This document shows, one piece after another, positions 58,617 to 64,000 of a stretch of 64,000 bases of DNA (the stretch's first letter is position 1; every line of letters starts with the position of its first letter). Origin of the DNA: Terriglobia bacterium (lineage in GTDB: Bacteria; Acidobacteriota; Terriglobia; 20CM-2-55-15); contig OZ253536.1 of the NCBI GenBank assembly GCA_965262425.1, forward strand, positions 4,688,115 to 4,752,114, given 5' to 3'. The notes below the pieces were generated by a model that saw nothing but the letters and a program-made list of their open reading frames with translations, did not search any database and was not told the origin of the DNA. Made by a program: the position numbers and the translations under genes.

Positions 58617-59696
58617 GACCCGCGTTCGGTTGTCGCCCGGCAGAAGCTGGACGAAGATCCGCGACTTCGAACGATGTGGGCCGGTTACGCCTTTTCAGTC
58701 GACTTCCGGGAAGAACGGGGCCATGCCTACATGCTTCTGGATCAGACCCTGACCGAGAGACAGGCCGTGGCCCAGCAACCGGGCACCTGTATGCAGTGTC
58801 ACGCTTCGTTGTACGTGCCCTACCGAAAACTTGGTGATGGGGACCTCGTTCTTGGTTTCGAGCGGATGAACCAGATGTCGTATCAGGAAGCTCGGGAACT
58901 TGTGTCGCACCCCGTCTCCTGCATCGATTGCCATGATCCGGGAACCCTGCAGCTGCGCGTGACAAGGCCGGCGTTCATGGAGGGCATGGCGGCGCTGAAG
59001 GCCGCTGACGGCGTGGTCGACTATGACGTGAACGCCGACGCGACTCGGCAGGAGATGCGGAGCTATGTCTGCGGGCAGTGCCACGTCGAGTACTACTTCA
59101 AAGGCGAGGAAAAACGTCTCGTGTATCCCTGGGCGAACGGCTTGAAGGTCGAAAACATCATGGCGTACTACGATGAAACAGGTTTCAAAGACTGGACCCA
59201 TGAAGAGTCCGGAGCGCCGGTCCTCAAGGCCCAACATCCGGAATTTGAAATGTGGAATCAGGGGATCCACGCACGGTCCGGGGTCGCCTGTGCGGATTGC
59301 CACATGCCCTACATGCGTGAGGGTGCGATGAAGATCAGCGATCACCATGTTCGCAGTCCCGTGTTGAACATCAATCGTGCCTGCCAGACATGTCACAAGT
59401 GGCCCGAGGCGGAGCTTCTGGACCGTGTCGAGACAATCCAGACCCGTCTGTCCGGTGCGCGCGATCTCGCCATGAATGCATTGATGGACTTGATTGAAGA
59501 CATCCGTGCTGCGGGGGCGGAAGGCGCGTCCGATGCCGATCTGGTCCCAGCCCGGGATTTCCAGAGGCGGGCACAGTTCTATCTGGACTTTGTCGAAGCG
59601 GAAAACTCAACCGGGTTTCACGCGCCTCAGGAGGCAACCCGGATTCTCCTGGAGTCGATAGACTTCTCCCGAAAGGGCCAAATGTCCCTGAGATAA
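58617..59696 (+). pseudogene. nrfA: Pentaheme cytochrome c nitrite reductase NrfA homologue, 5'-truncated (no signal peptide; no nrfH)
   Basis: Five CxxCH motifs (CMQCH, CIDCH, CGQCH, CADCH, CQTCH) and NrfA motifs (DPRLRTMWAGYAF, VCGQCHVEYYF, EMWNQGIHARSGVACADCHMPY). The longest in-frame N-terminus (from 58470) has no hydrophobic signal. Confidence 0.7.
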
Positions 59697-59765
59697 GCGA
59701 CGTTGAAATGGCGTGGAACGACAGGTGGTGCGTGGTAACGTCCATCTCACACTTGTGAGGGAATC

Positions 59766-61400
59766 ATGAAGAGTGTGGTGCGAACCTTGTTCGGGTTGTT
59801 GCTGTTCGTTACGTACGTGTCGGGAGCGTCCGTGCAAAACGAGGGGGAGCACCCGAGGTTGATCCTTGTCCTCTCGATCGACCAGATGCGCTTCGACTAC
59901 CTGACGCGGTTCGACGACCTCTACACCGGAGGGCTGCGAACCCTTCTGGATCGTGGCGCCATCATGACTGACGCGAAGTTCCGCCACGCGGCTACCGAAA
60001 CCGGCCCCGGACACTCGACTCTGATATCGGGTCGCCATCCAAGCAGTTCTGGAATCATTGCCAACAGTTGGTGGGATCGACTGCTCGGCAAGGTCGTCAA
60101 TGTGGTCGACGATCCTTTCGAACGCCCGTTGGGCGGTGCCGGCCGGAGCGCTTCTCCAGTCAATTTTGATGGGTTTACGATAGGCGATGCGCTGAAGCAG
60201 AATAGTCCGCAATCGAAGGTTGTGGGGGTGTCGACAAAGGACCGTTCGGCGATCCTGATGGCTGGACGTCTGGGAGACGCCGCGTACTGGTTTGAGAGAG
60301 CCGAGGGAAACTTCATCACGAGTACCTACTACATGGACGAAGCTCCGGGATGGCTCGAGCGTTGGAACGGCAACCGAATGGCGGATTCGTATGCGGGGAC
60401 CGCTTGGACTCGTTTGTTGGGCGACGACTCGCTGTACTGGGAATATGCGGGCGAGGACGCGGTCGTCGGAGAGTGGACCGCCGAGGATACGGTGTTTCCG
60501 CATCGACTTCCCGGGAATCCGCCCGAACCGATTTATTACAACTATCTACGTCGATCCCCGTTTGCCGACGAAATGATATTGTCAGTCACCCTGGAGGCCG
60601 TCCGGGCGCACGACATCGGAGAAGATGAGTTCACCGACATCCTGGCGGTCAGTTTTTCCGGTACGGATCTGGTCGGACACGAGTTCGGTCCCGACAGCCA
60701 GGAATTGATGGACCAGCTTCTCAGGCTGGATGGGATTCTTGGAGAACTGTTCGCGGAGATTGACGGTGGCCCTGGATTGGATCGAACGCTTGTCGTGCTG
60801 ACGGCGGATCACGGAGTCGTACCGCTGGTCGAAGTCCTCGAGGCCGAGGGAGTGGATGCCCGGCGTGCAACACCGCAGGCATTTAGAAACGCTCTCGAAC
60901 GGGCTCTTGCCGATAAGTATCCCGGCGTCGAGGGTCTTATCGCCTACAGCACAGTCCGCGGTGTCTATCTGAATCGGGAACTGATTCGAGGCAGCGGGCT
61001 GGAAGTGGGAGCGGTTGAGGAAACGATCATCGAGGCGCTCCTGGCGACAGGGCTGGTCGCGACCGTCTACACCCGCGACCAGATGGTCAGTAACGACCCG
61101 GCGACGGATCCATACATCGATCTCTTCCGCAATTCGTTCGCATCGACCCGCAGTCCCGATCTGATGGTTCGTCACAACGAAAACGTCTATTTTGATTCTG
61201 ACCCCGGCGGTACAGGGCACGGCACCCCCTATGACTATGACCGCCACGTTCCGATTGTGTTCATGGGGGAGGGAATCGAACCAGGATGGTATTCCGAAGC
61301 TTGCGGGCCGGAGGACATCGCGCCGACACTGGCCTTGATTCTTGGTCTGGAATATCCGCGCGAGCCGGATTCACGTTTGTTGCTGGAAATACTGAAGTAG
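59766..61400 (+). CDS. Alkaline-phosphatase-superfamily nucleotide pyrophosphatase/phosphodiesterase (NPP)-type enzyme, secreted
   Basis: Signal peptide, LVLSIDQMRFDYL (NPP metal-ligand region) and ATETGPGHSTLISGRHPSSSGI (catalytic Thr region). Confidence 0.75.
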   Translation: MKSVVRTLFGLLLFVTYVSGASVQNEGEHPRLILVLSIDQMRFDYLTRFDDLYTGGLRTLLDRGAIMTDAKFRHAATETGPGHSTLISGRHPSSSGIIANSWWDRLLGKVVNVVDDPFERPLGGAGRSASPVNFDGFTIGDALKQNSPQSKVVGVSTKDRSAILMAGRLGDAAYWFERAEGNFITSTYYMDEAPGWLERWNGNRMADSYAGTAWTRLLGDDSLYWEYAGEDAVVGEWTAEDTVFPHRLPGNPPEPIYYNYLRRSPFADEMILSVTLEAVRAHDIGEDEFTDILAVSFSGTDLVGHEFGPDSQELMDQLLRLDGILGELFAEIDGGPGLDRTLVVLTADHGVVPLVEVLEAEGVDARRATPQAFRNALERALADKYPGVEGLIAYSTVRGVYLNRELIRGSGLEVGAVEETIIEALLATGLVATVYTRDQMVSNDPATDPYIDLFRNSFASTRSPDLMVRHNENVYFDSDPGGTGHGTPYDYDRHVPIVFMGEGIEPGWYSEACGPEDIAPTLALILGLEYPREPDSRLLLEILK

Positions 61401-61557
61401 TCTCTCCGTCCGACCCTTCACAAATGGCGATTCTCCCGCGGACCTTCATCGCGCCCCCCCATGCTTGACACTATGGCGTGTCACGACGTACACTGAATAA
61501 GTCGTGACGCGATGCATTGTGTCACGCGACAGTCCAGCGAAATGGAGAGAGTGACAC

Positions 61558-61944
61558 ATGAAACGCGATGAGATCGACAAACGCGATGAGATCGCCGCAC
61601 ACCTGCCGCTGACACCGGCATTGTTTCAGGTTTTGCTTGCCCTGGCCGACGGGGACAAGCACGGCTACGCCATCCTCAAAGAGGTCGGCGAACGGACCCG
61701 GGGCCGCGTCCGCCTCAGCACGGGAACGCTCTACGGGATCATCAAGCGTCTGCTCCATGACGAACTGATCGCGGAGCAGTCGCGACGTCCCTCGCGAGAC
61801 GACGAACGCCGGCGTTACTATCGTCTGACCCCGCTGGGCAGGAACGTCGCTTCGGCTGAGGCCGAGAGGATGGAAGAAATGATCGCCACCGCGCGCCTGA
61901 AGAAACTGATCCGTGCTCCGCAAACCGAAGGGAGCGTCGGATGA
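61558..61944 (+). CDS. PadR-family transcriptional regulator
   Basis: ...GDKHGYAILKEV...TGTLYGIIKRLLHDELIA...RRYYRLTPLGR winged-helix signature. Confidence 0.8.
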   Translation: MKRDEIDKRDEIAAHLPLTPALFQVLLALADGDKHGYAILKEVGERTRGRVRLSTGTLYGIIKRLLHDELIAEQSRRPSRDDERRRYYRLTPLGRNVASAEAERMEEMIATARLKKLIRAPQTEGSVG

Positions 61945-64000
61945 CCGGGGAGAAAAAGTCCCGGATCCGACGACTGTATCGGGCGTTGCTGCGGGCATTT
62001 CCATTCGACTTTCGCTGGGACTACGGACCGGAGATGGAAGATGTCTTCCTCGAACAGAGGCGGGATGCTGAGACACAGGGAGGGAAAGTGGCTCTCGTGC
62101 GATTGTGGTGGGAAACCTTTGTCGGAATAGTGCGAACCGCCCCCGGCGAACACTGGGAGATGCTTCGGCAGGATGCGGGTTACGCGCTCAAGACGATGTC
62201 GAAGAGACCTGGATTTGCCGCGGTTGCCGTCGTCACGCTGGCACTGGGAATTGGCGCTAACGTCGCCATCTTCAGTCTTGTCAACGGCATCCTGCTCGAG
62301 CCCCTGCCCTTCCAGGATGCGGATCGGATCGTTCAGATTTTCGAACAAAACCCGACCGAAGGCGTCGAGCGGGCCAGCGTCGCGCTTCCGAATTTCCTGG
62401 ATTGGAGATCTCAGAATAGCGTGTTCGAGGACATGGCCGTGTTCGACCGGACGGGCGTGACCTTTGCCGGTGCGGAACCGAGACGGCTTTCCGCTATCGT
62501 CGCGTCTTCGAGCTTTCTCCGGACACTGGGCGCGGTTCCGATCAAGGGACGGGACTTTCCCCGCGACCAGGATCTGCGAGCCGCGGACCGGGTTGTCCTG
62601 ATCGGCGAGCAGTATTGGGTGGCGGACATGGGGCGAGACCCATCCATTGCCGGTCGCACCATGATGCTGGACGGCGAAGCACATACCGTGATCGGGGTTT
62701 TCAGCATGGCCCTGAATGTCTTGCTGGACGACGTGGACGTGATCGTTGGGATGGCTATCGACTCGACCGGTGCGGACCGGTCCCAGCACGAATACAGTGC
62801 CATCGGGAAGCTTCGGTCCGGTGTTGCTCCCGACGAGGTCCGGGCGGAGTTGGAGACAATCAGTCTGCGCCTGGAACAGGCCTATCCGGAAACGAACCGG
62901 GGATGGCAGGTTTACACGGTTCCGATTGCCGAACGCATCTTTAACCCGGTACTGCGGGCCATCCTGCTACTGCTGACGCTCGGGTCCGGATTCGTTCTCC
63001 TGATCGGGTGCGCGAACGTCGCCAATCTGTTGTTGGCCCGTGCAACGAGCCGGGAACAGGAAGTGGCCGTTCGCATGGCCCTGGGAGCGGGAAGGGCCCG
63101 AATTGTACGCCAGTTCCTGACTGAGAGCGTCTTACTGGCTGTCTTGAGTGGGCTGGCGGGCATTCTGCTGGCCGCCTGGTCCCTGCCCGGACTGATTGCA
63201 CTGGTACCTGCCGAGGTGCCGCGGATCGCCAACGTTGTCCTCGACGGCTGGGCGCTACTCTATGCGATCGGTGTTTCCGTAATGACCGGCGTGTTGTTCG
63301 GCCTGGTCCCGGCCGTCCACAGCTCAAGACCCCAAATCAATGAAGCGTTGAAGGAAGGGGGCCGAACCTCGGCCGGCCGATCCCGTGCCCGCCTGCTCAA
63401 GAGCCTCGTTGTTTCGGAAGTGGCACTGGCATTCGTCCTCCTCGTCGCCGGTGGCTTGTCGATCCGCAGCTTTCAGCTGTTGACCGAGGTCGATCTCGGC
63501 TTTCGAACCGACAACCTCCTTACGGTCGATGTGGCGTTGCCGGAAAGCGACTACGACGATCCCGGTGACCGTGAAGTGTTCTACCGCAGTGTCGTGGACC
63601 GACTCAACTCCATCGCCGGCGTCCGATCGGCTGCCGCAGTGACGACCTTGCCGATGGGAGAGTCATCGTCCTGGAGCGAAATTCGCATCGAACCAGGGGA
63701 GCCGGTCGACGGCGGTCGGCCCACTTTCGCGGGCTATCTCATCGTGAGCCCGGACTATTTCCAGACCATGGGTCTGGGGTTCCGGCGAGGTCGGAGTTTC
63801 GGATCCCCGACGGGTGAGGGTCCGGTGGAAGTTGTGGTCAACGATGCCCTGGTTCGAGCTTTCTTCCCCGGCGAGGTCGATCCCATCGGGAAGCAGTTCC
63901 AGGCTATTCATGCAGCTCCGGACAGAACGCTGCAGGTTGTCGGCGTCGTGGGCGATGTGCCTTATTCCCGCATCGAAAACGGATCCCGGGCGGAAGTGTA
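61941..64000 (+). CDS. ADOP-type FtsX-family permease (MacB-like duplicated permease), partial and open at the window end
   Basis: Not in the ORF track because it has no stop within the window. I translated it codon by codon from the ATG at 61941, which overlaps the padR stop as ATGA. The frame is open for 686 codons and includes ...GFAAVAVVTLALGIGANVAIFSLVNGILL... and ...EQEVAVRMALGAGRARIVRQFL..., which are FtsX motifs. Confidence 0.8.
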   Translation, partial: MTGEKKSRIRRLYRALLRAFPFDFRWDYGPEMEDVFLEQRRDAETQGGKVALVRLWWETFVGIVRTAPGEHWEMLRQDAGYALKTMSKRPGFAAVAVVTLALGIGANVAIFSLVNGILLEPLPFQDADRIVQIFEQNPTEGVERASVALPNFLDWRSQNSVFEDMAVFDRTGVTFAGAEPRRLSAIVASSSFLRTLGAVPIKGRDFPRDQDLRAADRVVLIGEQYWVADMGRDPSIAGRTMMLDGEAHTVIGVFSMALNVLLDDVDVIVGMAIDSTGADRSQHEYSAIGKLRSGVAPDEVRAELETISLRLEQAYPETNRGWQVYTVPIAERIFNPVLRAILLLLTLGSGFVLLIGCANVANLLLARATSREQEVAVRMALGAGRARIVRQFLTESVLLAVLSGLAGILLAAWSLPGLIALVPAEVPRIANVVLDGWALLYAIGVSVMTGVLFGLVPAVHSSRPQINEALKEGGRTSAGRSRARLLKSLVVSEVALAFVLLVAGGLSIRSFQLLTEVDLGFRTDNLLTVDVALPESDYDDPGDREVFYRSVVDRLNSIAGVRSAAAVTTLPMGESSSWSEIRIEPGEPVDGGRPTFAGYLIVSPDYFQTMGLGFRRGRSFGSPTGEGPVEVVVNDALVRAFFPGEVDPIGKQFQAIHAAPDRTLQVVGVVGDVPYSRIENGSRAEV

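Overview
This is a high-GC (about 60%) bacterial window, probably from an Acidobacteriota genome. That call is an inference from three things: a PadR regulator followed by an 'Acidobacterial duplicated orphan permease' (ADOP)-type FtsX permease at the 3' edge, an alternative complex III (ACIII) module, and bacilliredoxin-like and RRM proteins. Most of the window is housekeeping. On the minus strand there is a tig-clpP-clpX-lon-engB-rho block. On the plus strand there is a hisS / aspS / mutL / hup block. Central metabolism is represented by pfkA, acnA and korAB. Respiration is represented by an ActA-B1-B2-C-D module. Transport genes are NhaC, a MacAB-like ABC efflux set with a periplasmic membrane-fusion adaptor, an ABC-2 transporter and a CopA-type Cu-ATPase. 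There is a tRNA-Leu(UAG). I see no CRISPR array, no rRNA, and no obvious defence island.

The most unusual content is non-coding. Four families of palindromic / miniature inverted-repeat transposable element (MITE)-like repeats occur in at least 11 copies, almost always at the 3' ends of genes. One family is about 165 bp with a perfect 22-bp terminal inverted repeat (TIR) and has four copies.

Several genes look like relics. Two C-terminal FtsX permease fragments are present; one reads into a MITE and the other abuts a 5'-truncated nrfA. A TonB-dependent receptor (TBDR)-like outer-membrane protein gene is frameshifted at a G5 run. A gamma-carbonic-anhydrase-family gene is interrupted by one in-frame TAG, yet the frame stays conserved and ends in an ATGA overlap with hisS. 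A coxB-like N-terminal stub sits upstream of an ACIII cluster that lacks actE/actF.

The supplied ORF track lists only closed ORFs. Because of that it misses a long open frame at 61941..64000, which is a partial ADOP permease. ORF-track 'M' starts are often GTG/TTG.
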